64,000 bases of DNA. It comes from Pristiophorus japonicus (Eukaryota). The stretch is from positions 9,734,001-9,798,000 of the forward strand of contig NC_091999.1 in NCBI RefSeq assembly GCF_044704955.1, in the 5' to 3' direction. Position 1 is the first letter of the stretch, and every line of letters begins with the position of its first letter. Below, one piece after another: positions 12,984 to 25,005 of the stretch. A program made the position numbers and the translations under genes. The notes below the pieces were generated by a model. It was not told the origin of the DNA. It saw only the letters and a program-made list of their open reading frames with translations, and did no database searches.

Positions 12984-13074
12984 TTTGGCTAAATTAGGCT
13001 CCCGTATCTTCAGTCACAAACTGAGGGAAGCAGTTCCTAGGTTGTTGGATCCCGATCCTCAGTGATGGGGGTTT

Positions 13075-13155
13075 ATGCAAAATGCAGAAAGCGGCGGGTT
13101 TGAAGAGGCAAACGATTGGTTGCATGCAACCGACGTCGTCTGCAACCACGTGACG
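13075..13155 (-). promoter_or_regulatory. VH promoter motifs: octamer-like TTTTGCAT and E-box GTCACGTG
   Basis: ATGCAAAA at 13075-13082 (7/8 octamer match) and CACGTG at 13147-13152, 90-170 bp upstream of the leader ATG. Confidence 0.4.
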
Positions 13156-13239
13156 ACATCCACCGCAACAGATACTGTGTATTTACAATGACTCATTATG
13201 GACGTTGGGATTATAGACAGGTTAAGTAAAAACAAAAGG

Positions 13240-13697
13240 AAATAATTGCATTTCTATAGCGCCTTTCGCAAACACCGGACATCTCAAGGCACTTCTCAGC
13301 CAATGAAGTACTTTTGGAGTGTAGTGACTGTTGTAATATGGGAAACACGGCAACCAATTTGCGCACAGCAAGCTCCCACAAACAGCAATGTGATAATGAG
13401 CTGATAATCTGTTTTTGTTACGTTGATTGAGGGATAAATATTGGCCAGGACAGCGGGGATAACTGCGCTGCTCTTCTTGGAAATAGTGCCATGGGTTCGA
13501 TTACGTCCACCTGAGAGAGCAGGCAGGGCCTCGGTTTAACGTCTCATCCGAAAGACGGCACCTCCGACAGTGTAGCAATCCCTCAGCACAGCACTGGAGC
13601 ATCAGCCTCGATTTATGTGCTCCAGTTGCTGGAGTGGGACTTGAAACCAAAATCTTTTGTCTTAGAGGCGGGTGTGCGACACACTGGGCCACAGCTG
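13240..13697 (-). mobile_element. Deu-domain SINE
   Basis: Full-length match to the family. Confidence 0.85.
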
Positions 13698-13719
13698 ATA
13701 CTGCGAGCGGACGATAAGG

Positions 13720-14540
13720 TGTCCGATGGAGTGAAATGTGAGGTTGTTGACGTAGGTAAGAAAAATAGAAAAACAGAATATTGTTAAATGGTGAGAAACT
13801 ATTAAATGTTGGCGTTCAGAGAGATTTAGGTGTCCTCGTACAGGAAATATAGAAAGTTGGCATACAGGTTTAGCATGCAATTTGGAAGGCAAATGGAATG
13901 AAGGCCTTTTTTGCAAGGCAGTTGGAGTTCAAGACTATGGGCGTCTTACTACAATTGTACAGGGCTTTGATGAGAACAGACCTCGAGTTCTGTGCACAGT
14001 TTTGTTTACCCTATCTGCGAATGGACATACATGCCTTGCAGATGGTGCAATGAATCCAGGTTCACTGGATTGAACCCTGGGATGAGTCCAGCTATCCTAA
14101 GAGGAGATTTTGACTAGATTGGGCCTATATTGTCTGAAGTTTAGAAGAATGATATGTGATCTCATTGAAACATATAAGATTCTGAAGGTTATTGACAGAA
14201 TAGATGCTAAGAGGTTGCATCCTGTGGCTGGGGAGTCTAGAACTAGTGGACAGGATAAGCGTCGGCCATTTAAGACTGGGACGAGGAGGGGTTTTCTTCT
14301 CTCAGAGGGCTGTGAATCTTTGGAATTCTCTCACCCATATGACTGTGGATGCTGAATCATTGAGTATATTCAAGGCTGAAATCGATAGATTTTTGAACTC
14401 CCGGGGACTCAACTGTTATGGGGATTGGGTGGGAAAGTGGAGTTGAAGTTGAAGATCAGCCATGAACTTGTTGAATGGTTGAGGAGGCTCGAGGGGCCTG
14501 CCATATTGCCTACTTCTGCTCGTAATTCTTATGTTCTTGT
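13720..14540 (+). mobile_element. CR1 3' fragment
   Basis: RLGLYCLKFRRM..; CTTATGTT tail. Confidence 0.85.
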
Positions 14541-14644
14541 AGTATGACCGACAACATTGAAATTGATGTTAATGCAATTGTTCAATGGTTATTGTTTTTG
14601 GACGATTTCACGATTACTGGCCTGTCATGGTCAACCATGAAAGA

Positions 14645-15075
14645 CTTGCATTTATATAGCACCTTTCATGACGTCCCAAAGCGCTTTAGAGCCAATTATG
14701 TACCTTTTTAAGTGTAGTCACTGTTGTTTTATAGAAAAAGCGGAAGCACAGCAAGCCCCCACAAATAGGAATATGATAATGACCAGATCATCTGTTTTAA
14801 TGATGCTGATTGAGGGATAAATATTGGCCCAGGACACCGGGAACAACTCCCCTGCTCTTCTTCGAAAGCATGCCATAGGTTATTTTAGGTCCACCTGAGA
14901 GGGCTGAGATTTAACGTCTCAGCCGAAAGATGGCACTTCCAACAGTGAAGCGCTCGCTCAGCACTGCATGGGAGTGCTAGCCTAGATTTTTGTAATCAAG
15001 GCTCTGGATTGGGACTTGAACCCACAATTTTCTGGACTGAGAGGTTAGGGTACTGCCAAATTAGACACAGCAGTC
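14645..15075 (-). mobile_element. Deu-domain SINE
   Basis: Family match. Confidence 0.8.
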
Positions 15076-15375
15076 ACTGCAGCAAATCGCATTCACCCAT
15101 CAGCCCTGTGCTCATTTCACGACAGTTCAGAAGGAAGTTCTTGCATTGTTTTCCTGAAATTGGCTAGAGGGTGTTTTTTTGTTCTGTCACCTTGCCAGAG
15201 TTAACGGTGTCTCATCCGGAAAGAGTGCTCAGCGGGTGATCTGCATATCTCATGTTTGTGTTTGTGTGAACGAGGTTGGCTGGTGTTTTCAGCGCTCCTT
15301 TAGGGATCCCCTCATGTTGGCGGTTTCTTGTGCCTGGGTTTTTACACCAGCTCAGCCAGGGTTCCTCTGGCTGCT

Positions 15376-16257
15376 TGTCGGTGGTGCAGTAATATACGGC
15401 AGCGTCCTCGGCCTTAATTTTACTCAACACTAAATGTAACTAAAAGTCGAGCTTATGGCTGAAGCAGAGAATCGGTCTTGAAGTCCAGAAGCATAATTAA
15501 TAGTTGAGGAGTCGCAATATCTGGCTACCCAATCCAGGCCCTTCCCTGGAAACTGGCGATACCAGTGCATCACCTCGTCATCAAACTCATCCCCAGTCAA
15601 TTCACATGTGAGTTGAAGAGACCCCTCAGACTTTGTGACCGCCGAATCTAACTGGGTCAGCGCAATTTCAGAGGTGACTTCTGTGAATAGAAGAAGCATA
15701 AAGGACAGGAGAATTTAAAGTGGAACAAACTTAATTCACACTGTACACATAGAATTTACGGCACAGAAACAGACCATCTGGCCCAAAGGGTCTATTCTGG
15801 CGTGGACGCTCCGCCCCATGATCCTCGCACACGACTTACTAATCTCACCCTACAGACCAGTCATTCAATTATTTTCTCCGTCATTATCTTATCTAGTTTC
15901 CCCTTGAATTGCGAATTCGACATTCTCGCCTCGCTCGAAATAAGGCTCGCTCGTCAATTCGTTATTGGCTTAATATTTACCTTATTTTGTGGCCCCTAGA
16001 CTTGGACTCTCACCCTGCCACCATCATGCTCCCCCAACCACATCTTCTCTACGTCTACCCGAACAAACCTCCTCATGATTTTAAATACTTCTATCAGGTC
16101 ACCTCTCGGTCTTCGAATTGCGCGAGGCAAGAGTCTCAGGCTGTTCAATCTTTCCTGATATTTGTTTCTCACAGTATCTCATTGGTGTGAAACACGGCAA
16201 GCGAAACTCACGGGCCACATGAGCCAGAATCACACCGAGACAGATGGCGAATTCCAT
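15376..16257 (-). pseudogene. Ig-heavy-like V pseudogene (TAILV/IgW-like)
   Basis: Leader 16257-16212 (MEFAICLGVILAHVA, GTGAGT); V exon 15680-15376 EIALTQLDSAVTKSEGSLQLTCELTG..MHWYRQFPGKGLDWVARY..YASGLQDRFSAS../LVLSKIKAEDAAVYYCTT; FR3 frameshift near 15440; RSS agcagcc-23-gtaaaaacc has a broken heptamer; CR1 fragment in the intron. Confidence 0.85.
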
Positions 16258-16439
16258 GACTTGGATCTTCTGAGACTGATTGGCTGATCTGACTACCTCA
16301 GGACTCCTGGCCGAATCTGAAGCAGCGAGGCACGGTTGGCGATTAACTAGGTTTTCGAGATTGAACGTGGGAGCGGAAGTGTGGGCCAGATAGCGCTGCC
16401 CACCCATATCACACTCTGCTCTTCCTGTCTTGTGTCCTT

Positions 16440-17850
16440 ACAAAAGAATTAGGAGCAGGAGTAGACCAATCGGCCCCACGAGCCCGCTCCGCCATTCAAT
16501 CAGATCGTGGCTGATCTTCTACCTTAACTCCACTTTCCTGCATTATTCACATATCCCTTGATTCCATTAATCTCCAAGAATCTAACTATGTCTGTCTTGA
16601 ATATAATCAACGATTGAGCATCCACAGCCATCTGGGGCAGATAATTCCAAAGATTCACCACCCTCTGAGTGAAGACTGCTCCCCATAACCCCTAATCCCT
16701 TCTCGGTTAAGAAACTGTCTATCTATGTTTTAATTTTATTCATTGACGCAGCCTCCACAGCTCTCTGAGGCAGGGAATTCCACAGATTTACCACCCTCTG
16801 AGAGACGGAATTTCTCCTCTTCTCAGTTTTAAATGGGCGGTCCCCTCATTGTAATCTCTCCTATTAGTGGAAATATCCTCTCTGCATCCACCTTGTCAAA
16901 CCCCCTCATAATCATACGTTTCGATACGATCACCTCTCATTCTTCTGAACTCCAATGAATAGAGTCCTAACCTTCTCAACCTTTCTTCATAAGTCAACCC
17001 CCTCATCTCTGGAATCAAGCTAGTGAACCTTCTTTGAACTGTCTCCATAGCAAGTATATCCTTTCTTAAATATGGAAACCAAAACTGTATACAGTACTCC
17101 AGATGTGGCCTCACCAATACCCTGTATACCTGAATCAAGATTTCCCTGCTTTTATACTCCATCCCCTTTGCAATAAAGGCCAAGATTCCATTGGCCTTCC
17201 TGATCACTCGTTGTATCTGCATACTGACCTTTTGTGTTTCATGCTCCAGGAACCCCAGATCACGCTGTACTGCAGCTCTTTGCAATTTTTCTCCATGTAA
17301 ATAATAGCTGGCTCTTTGACTTTTTTTGCCAAAGTGCATAACTTCACATTTTACATTATACTCCATTTGCCAAATTTTTGCCCAACACTTAGCCTGCCTA
17401 TATCTTTTTGCAGGTTGTGTGTGTCCTCCTCACACATTGCTTTACCTCCCATCTTTGTGTCATCAGCAAACTTGAATACGTTACACTCGGTCCCTTCATG
17501 CAAGTCGTTAATATATATTGTAACTAGTTGGGGTCCCAGCACTGATCCCTGTCGCACCCCAGTCAAGCATGATTAAGGAGTTTGCAGATGAAACAATCCT
17601 TGGCCGTGTAGTTGATAGTGAGGAAGTATTCTGTAGACTGCAGGAAGATACCAATGGACAGGCCAGGTGGTCAGAATAGTGACAAATGGAATACAGTCCG
17701 GAGAAATGTGAGATAATGCATTTGGGTAGCGCTAACAGGGCAAGGGAATACCTAATAAATGGTATGATACTAAGAAGCGTAGAGGATCAGAGGAACCTTG
17801 GAGTGCATGTCCACAGATCCCTGATGGTAGCAGGCCAGGTGGAAAATGCG
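16440..17850. mobile_element. Nested CR1 fragments (16440-17565 minus, 17570-17850 plus)
   Basis: QGSVLGP, FADDTK, RPHLEYC motifs. Confidence 0.85.
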
Positions 17851-18483
17851 ATTAAGACACTCTTCTTGTCTGTCTCTGTATCGCTCTGCCCCTCCATACC
17901 TGTCCCTCTGAGTTTTTTTCTCTCTCTCTTCATGTCTCCAGTTCTCCAGCCCATCTCCGTTTCTCTCTCTCCCTCGCCATAATCATATTGAATGGTTTTG
18001 CAGGCTAGAAGGGCTGAATGGCCTATTCCTGCACCTATTTGTTCTATGTTTCCCCAAGTTGTTCTCTGTCTGCCTGTTTGTCTCTCTCTCTCTTATTGTC
18101 TGCCACTCTCCCTCTCTCTCCCTCGCCATATCTGCTCCACTTTTTCTATCCATATCCGTGTTTGTCTCTGTCCCTGTCTCTCTGTCCCTCTCCATACGTG
18201 TCTCTGTCTCTCACTCTCCATGTTAGTCTCTGTATCTCTCTACCTCTCCATATCTATCCCTCTATTTCTCTCTCTTTCCCTTCATGTTTGTCTCTTTCTA
18301 TATTTATCCATGTTTGATACGTTTCTCTCCCTCTCCACGACGGTCTCTGTGTATCACGCTGTGTCTCACCCTCTCTCAGGTTTTGGCCCTCCATGTTTCT
18401 CCCTTTTCATGTCTGACTCTGTCTGCCTTGTCCGTCCTGTTGCCTGTTTTTGTGCTGCCTTAGGCGGCGTGTGCTTGGCTGTG

Positions 18484-18786
18484 AAAATCGAAGCACAATA
18501 GTAGATGGCACTGTCCTGGAAACGAGATCTGTCAATCTGCAATGCTAACGCGTTCTGATTATTGTACAGCAATCCTTTAAATCTCTTCTGAAAACCTTAC
18601 CCGTAGTAATCTCCTGCGCTGCAAACCCATTCGGGTGTCTGCTGATGACTCCGCCAGTACCAATGAAAGATACCCGGCCTCACCGGGTCCAGTTTCAGCA
18701 TCTTGCAGAGCAGAATAGCTCTTGCGCCCTCCCTAACCGAGTCCCGAGCTGGCGATTGCTCCAATACTGGGTGGGTTCGGTGCAAT
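18484..18786 (-). pseudogene. TRDV: TCR V-delta pseudogene, TRDV2-like clan
   Basis: PVLEQSP..AILLCKM..HWYW..PEWVCSAGDYYG*GFQKRFKG..LQI..DSAIYYCAS; in-frame TAA at 18599-18597; 23-RSS cacagcc(18483-18477)-23-acaaaaaca(18453-18445); possible decayed leader at 19250-19191. Confidence 0.85.
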
Positions 18787-19392
18787 CTACAATCGGTGCA
18801 AATCAGGACAAAGAAAGTTTGGAGAAATAGACCGGTACAATTGTCAGAAAACCTGGGGGCATCAATATAATATAGTCGCTAATAAATGCAAAATAGAGAA
18901 ACGTCTTTACCCAGAGAGTGATTAAAACGTGGAACTCGCTACCACAAGGAGTAGTTGAGGCGAATAAAAAAGATGCAATTAAGGGGAAGCCTGAGAAACA
19001 CACGAGAGAGAAAGGAATAGTAGGATATGCTGATAGTGTTAGATGAAGGATGTTCGTGCAGAATATTGCCATAGAGCTATTGGGCTGAATAGCCTGTTTG
19101 TGTGCTGTTAATTCGTTGAACAAACAACATAAGTAAAGGCAATTGCAATACTGAAGCTGGAAGGATTTTTGAGCAAATAAAGTGACTCACTGAGAAAAGA
19201 TTTTAAAAAATTAATGTCAGCGTTTCGTCCTGAATCACTTTGAAGCGCATTTGGAAAATTATAATCAAGCTACTGGTGTGGACCAGCAACAATAATGTTC
19301 TGTGGAAATATACAGATTGGTCTCGCTCTGTACCACTGTCCCCATCTATTGTTTACTACACATATCCGGTTTGAACCTCATGGTTGAACCCA

Positions 19393-21545
19393 GTATTTGC
19401 AACAAGAAACGAAACTTTGCACGAGATACCCAGACTTTGCAACCAGATACCAAGAATTTAAAACAGGAGACAGAGACATTGCAACAGGATAGCCAGACTT
19501 TGCAACAAGATAAGCAGTGTTTGCAGCAAGATACGCAGTTTACAACAAAATACACAGACTTTGCAACAAGATACACAGATTTTCAACAATAAACTCAGAC
19601 TTTGCAACAAGATGCACAGACTTTGCAAAAGGATATCCGACTTTGCAACAACATATCCAGACTTTGCAACAAGATACACAGATTTTGCAACAGGATATCC
19701 AGATGTCACAACAAGATATCCAGACTTTTCAACACGATACCAAGAATTTGCAACAAGATACACAGATATGCATCAGGATATGCAGATTTTGCAATAGGAT
19801 ATCCAGACTTTGCAACAAGCTATCCAGCTTTGCAAAAAGATACCCAGATTTTGCAAAAAGATGTTCAGATTTTGCAACAGGATATTCAGATCCTGCAACA
19901 AAATCACCGGATGTTGGAACAAGATATTCAAATGTACATCAAGATACAAAGAATTTGGAACAAGATATCGAGAATTTACAACAAGATACCCAGACTTTGC
20001 AACAAGATACACAGATATGCATCAGGATATGCAGATTTTGCAATAGGATATCCAGACTTTGCAATAGAATATCCCCTTAATTGCAAAGATGCAATTAAGG
20101 GGAAGCCTGAGAAGCACACGAGAGAGAAAGGAATAGTAGGATATGCTGATAGTGTTAGATGAAGGAGGTTCGTGCAGAATATTGCCATAGAGCTATTGGG
20201 GTGAATGGCCTGTTTGTGTGTTGTTAATTCGTTGAACAAACAACATAAGTAAAGCACCAGGCCTTGGAACCGGATATGCAGACTTTGCAACAAAACACCA
20301 AGACTTTGGAACAGGATATCGTGATTTTGCAACAAGATATCTACACTTTGAAACAAGATATGCAGATTTGCAACAAGATATCCAGACTTTGCAACAGAAT
20401 ATTCAGACTTTAGCACAAAATCACCAGACTTTGGAACATCAATGATCAGGAAGGCCAATGGAATCGCAAAAGGGTTTGAGTATAAAAGCAGGGAAGTCTT
20501 GCTACAGTTGTACAGGGTATTGGTGAGGTCATACCTGGAATACTTTGTACAGTTTGGGTTTCCATATTTACATAAGGATATACTTGCTTGGAGGCAGTTC
20601 AGAGAAGATTCACAAAGTTGATTCCGGAGATGAGGGGGTTGTCTTATGAGGAAAGGTTGAGTAAGTTGGACCTCTACTCATTAGAATTCAGAATAATAAG
20701 AGGTGATCTTATCGAAATGTATAAGATTATGAGGGGGCTTGACAAGGTGGATGCAGAGAGGATGTTTCCACTGATGGGGGAGACTAAAACTAGGGGACAT
20801 AATCTTAGAATAAGGGGCCGCCCATTTAAAACTGAGATGAGGAGAAATTACGTCTCTCAGAGGGTTGTGGATCTGTGGAACTCACTGCCTCAGATAGTTG
20901 CGAAAGCCGGGACATTGAATAAATTTAAGACAGAAATAGACAGTTTCTTAAAATATAAGGGAATAAGGGGATATGGGGAGCTAGCAGGGAGATGGACTTA
21001 AATCCATGATCAGATCAGCCATGATCGTATTGAATGGTGGAACAGGCTCGAAGGGCCGTATGGCCTACTCCTGCTCCTATTTCTTATGCTCTTATGTTCT
21101 TATATTAAGATACCCAAAATTTCTTACAACATCACAAGAATTTGTAACAAGATGCCAAAATGACAAGCTATTCAGACTTTGCAACAGGATACCAAATATT
21201 TGTAACATGATATCTAGACTTTGCAACAAGGTGCAATATTTTGCAACATGATACCAAGAATTTGCAACAAGATATTCAGACTTTGCAACAAGATACACAA
21301 ACTTTGTAACAGGATACCCAGTATTTGCAACACTATATCAGACTTTGCATCAAGATAATCGGACTTTGCAACAGGGTATCCAGAATTTGCAACAAGATAG
21401 CAAGACTTTGGAGCCACATTTCAAAATTTTGCAACAAGATACCACTACTTTGCACCAAAATCACAAGATATATTAACAAAATCACTAGACCTTGGAACAA
21501 GATACCAAGACTTCGCAACAAGATACCAGAATTTACAATAGGCTG
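19393..21545 (+). repeat. 21-bp minisatellite, consensus about TTGCAACAAGATACCCAGACT
   Basis: Dozens of degenerate tandem units; source of the LQQDTQT/CNKIPRL/FATRYPD ORFs; interrupted at 20071-20254 and 20441-21100. Confidence 0.9.
20441..21100 (+). mobile_element. CR1 3' fragment inserted into the minisatellite
   Basis: VQRRFTKLIPEM..; CTTATG tail. Confidence 0.9.
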
Positions 21546-22049
21546 CCCAGATTATTTTGAAGAAGAGCAGGTGAGTTGTCCCGGTCTCCTGGCCAGTATT
21601 TATCCTTCAATCAGCATCACTAAAAAGAGGTAATTTGCTCATTTTCTCATTGTTGTTTGTGGGATCTTGCTGTGCTTAAAATGGCTTCAGCGTTTTCTAC
21701 GTTGCCACAGTAACTATCCTTCAAAAGTGTAAACGTACACTCTCGAGCGCTGCGAAGCTCCTGTTAGAGGCCCCGAGCTGACCCCCCTACTTGATCACAG
21801 CCCGGGATCAAGGGGTACAGGCTGCTTAGACTGTAGCCGATGAGCGCTGAGCAAGGGGCACGAGACGGTCTGTGACCCACTGACCCTGAATCAATAGGAG
21901 TAAAATCCAATCATGGCACTGTGACGTGAAAAGGCATTGTGACCTCATGGACTGCAGGGAAAACCGGCAGCGGCCATGTTTTTGTGATGTAGGCTTGGCT
22001 ATGTGTGTCATGCATAGTCGGCCATGTTCGTGTGAAGTAACATGTTGTA

Positions 22050-23001
22050 CATTACGACCGATATAGTCAATGTGTTCACTGAGGCATATGAAAGCATGGG
22101 CCTTACGCTTAACATCCATAAGACAAAGGTCCTTACCAGCCTGTTATCGCCGCTCAGCACTGCCCTCCAATTATCAAGATCCACGTTATGGCCCTGGATA
22201 ACGTGGACCATTTCCCATATCTCAGGAGCCTCTTATCAACAAAGGCAGTCATTGATGAGGAGATTCAACATCGCCTCCAGTGCGCCAGTGCAGCCTTCGG
22301 CTGTCTGACGAAAAGAGTGTTTGAAAACCAGGCCCTCAAATCTACCACCAAGCTCAAGGTCTACAGGTCTGTAGTAATACCCACCCTCCTGTATGGATCT
22401 GAGGCATGGACGATGTATAGAAGGCACTTCAAGTTGCTTGAGATATATCACCAATGATGTCTCCGCAAGATCCCTCAAATCCCCTGGGAGGACAGGCACA
22501 CCAACATCAGTGTCCTCGACCAGGCTAACATCCCCAGTAATGAAGCACTGACCACACTCGATCAGCTTTGCTGGGCAGGTCCATAGTTCGCATGCCAGAA
22601 ATGAGACTCCATAAACAAATGCTTTATGCAGAGCTCCTTCATGGTAAACGAGCCAAAGGAGGACAGCAGAAACGTTATAAGGACACCCGCAAAGCCTCCC
22701 TGGTAAAGTGTGATATCATCACTGACACCTGGGAGACCCTGGCCGCAGACCGCTCAAGGTGAAGAAAGTGCATCCGGGAGGGCGTTGAGCTCTTCAAGTC
22801 TGAACGCAAAGAGCATGAAGAGGCCAAGGGCAGGCCGCGGAAGGAGCGCACGGCAAACCGGTCCCATCGACCCTCTGTGAATGTCTGTCCCACCTGTAAC
22901 AGGGTCTGTGGCTCTTGTATTGGACTGTTCAGTCAGCACAAAACTCACTTTGGGAGTGGAAGCAAGTCTTCCTCGACTCCGAGGGAATGCCTATGATGAT
23001 G
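22050..23001 (+). mobile_element. RTE-clade LINE 3' part
   Basis: VDHFPYL..EIQHRL..LLYGSEAW; (ATG)n tail. Confidence 0.85.
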
Positions 23002-23230
23002 GACTCTGCAAAGTGAGACGGCCAAAGTATAGAGAGACATCAACATAAGGAGATAGATAAACATATGACTGAGTACAATGAGTGATAGAGAGACAACAAC
23101 AGAAGGAGAAAGGTAAACGTGAAACTGAATGCAGCGATACAGAGAGACGCCAACCTTATCCATTGAAATGTTCATATGATGATTCGATTAAGGTGGTTGG
23201 TTAATTTTCCACACGCATTAATATGGTGAT

Positions 23231-23246
23231 AGCGCCACCTACTGGA
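23231..23246 (-). promoter_or_regulatory. CTCF motif CCAGTAGGTGGCGCT
   Basis: Near-consensus CTCF core in non-repeat DNA. Confidence 0.75.
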
Positions 23247-23754
23247 CATAGTGTGCTGGATCAATTGGCAACTCGGCGGCGTGATTCTCTGACCATTTGT
23301 GAAAACCTGTTATCAAATAAGGAGAAGCGGTCATACCTTATCGGAACCATTCATGTGTATGGCGAGGAAACGTTGCAATGTTTCATGGACATGGTGGAAA
23401 GAATTTTGAAAAGCACCTAGCGCAACAAAGTGGAATATCCATGTTTAGAAGATGAAAGCATAAACTAAATAATATATTCTCCAGATACTGTTTCTCCAGT
23501 GACTGCCCTTTTCATGGATAATGAAACCGTTATTGGATCTATCTATCTATATGTTTCTATCTCTCTGATAAGCATGAAATTCTTATGAATTCCATTGAAA
23601 ATAATGATAATAAGCGAAAGAACAAGTAGAAAAACAACGTGAAATTCAAGAATGCGTTGCAATTTGAGGTCTTATACTATTTATTAATGTAAATCCTTTG
23701 GATGTTGACTCGCAAATTGATACATTGCCCTGCCCTCGAGAAACCCTGGGCCAA

Positions 23755-23771
23755 CAGCGCCATCTACAGGC
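23755..23771 (-). promoter_or_regulatory. CTCF motif CCTGTAGATGGCGCTG
   Basis: Strong CTCF core match, same orientation as the 23231 site. Confidence 0.7.
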
Positions 23772-24671
23772 TATAAACGGGGTATTGCCAATGTGTCTGA
23801 ATTCAAATGTACATATATGTTTTACATAATAGTGATGGGGAAACTATTTAACCATATAATGTGATACAAGCCCTTCAACCATTCACACTCTGATTCCACA
23901 AGCAGCATTTTAAAGGCTCACATAATCGTTGTTCCACTTGAATTCCATTTGGCGATAATTAAGTGACATTTCCTCTGATACCTATTTACTCTTAATGCTA
24001 TCATAAATGCAGAGCAGACATTTTCAATGAATATTAATACATAGAAAATCAAAATCGGTTCTTTCACTAAAATAGTGAACATGGCAAACCACACAGCGCC
24101 GCTTAATGGTCATGCAGGCGTATCTACCGGAGAAGATCTCAGGACAATATGTCTGTTTTTTGTCCCTTTAACTAATAATAAGCAAGTTTCAGTCTATTGG
24201 CTTGGTGCAAAGAAAGATCCAATTTATAAGGAGCCGATAGTGCATAGTGCCAGGGAGCGATGCGGCAAGACAAGATCAACCAGCGGGGATGGAGTTCCAC
24301 TGTTCGTAGAAAGACGCCTGATGGAACAAATTGGAGGAAGGGAGGGATAGCGAAACGAAAAGTGTGCTGCCGCTGGAGAACAGGAAGTGGATCGGGGATA
24401 CCAGGCTGAGCTATAACCGAGGTTGGGAGGGTATTGGAAGGTGAAGGGAAATCCCACTCCTTTAATTGTTCAGTTACAGTGGACACCCGCTCCCATGTGG
24501 GTTCATTTCATTGCTTAGAATGGGAGAATAACAATCAGCTTCCACCTCTAACCCACGCACTTTCAAATTGATTAAGTTAGTTTATTGAACAGATAATTCC
24601 AATTTGTGGTCAACAGCGACATTATCATGTGATTACACAATGGTCGCCTCATCTATCCATCTATCCGTCTG

Positions 24672-24830
24672 NNNNNNNNNNNNNNNNNNNNNNNNNNNNN
24701 NNNNNNNNNNNNNNNNNNNNNNNNNNNNNNNNNNNNNNNNNNNNNNNNNNNNNNNNNNNNNNNNNNNNNNNNNNNNNNNNNNNNNNNNNNNNNNNNNNNN
24801 NNNNNNNNNNNNNNNNNNNNNNNNNNNNNN
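24672..24830. other. Assembly gap (N run) within a simple repeat
   Basis: N run flanked by TCTA/TCTG-type repeats. Confidence 0.99.
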
Positions 24831-25005
24831 GTCCGTCTGTCTCTCCCTTTGTCTCTCTCTCTGTCTATTTATGCTACGCTCCTCATTTGGAATGCAGAGT
24901 GACATTGGTCCATGAAATACAATGAGAGTTCGCTGTCACAATCTCTCCTCGTGCCGGAGCACCTGCAGTTTATGTAAAGGCTCTTGCCCTGAATACACCG
25001 CTGTG

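Noticed and set aside
15170-15270. Dedicated D downstream of the TAILV-like V
   Set aside because: Only a T-run and AACGGTG at poor spacing; no partner 12-RSS
17992-18501. Leu/Ser-rich ORFs (also 40237-40763 and 58515-58895)
   Set aside because: Translations of CT microsatellite
19517-20162. 187-aa and 186-aa ORFs as real genes, or the array as CRISPR-like
   Set aside because: Direct tandem minisatellite with no spacers, open in several frames on both strands
24075-24486. Overlapping ORFs in the repeat-free island
   Set aside because: No recognisable domain or exon structure; more likely regulatory DNA
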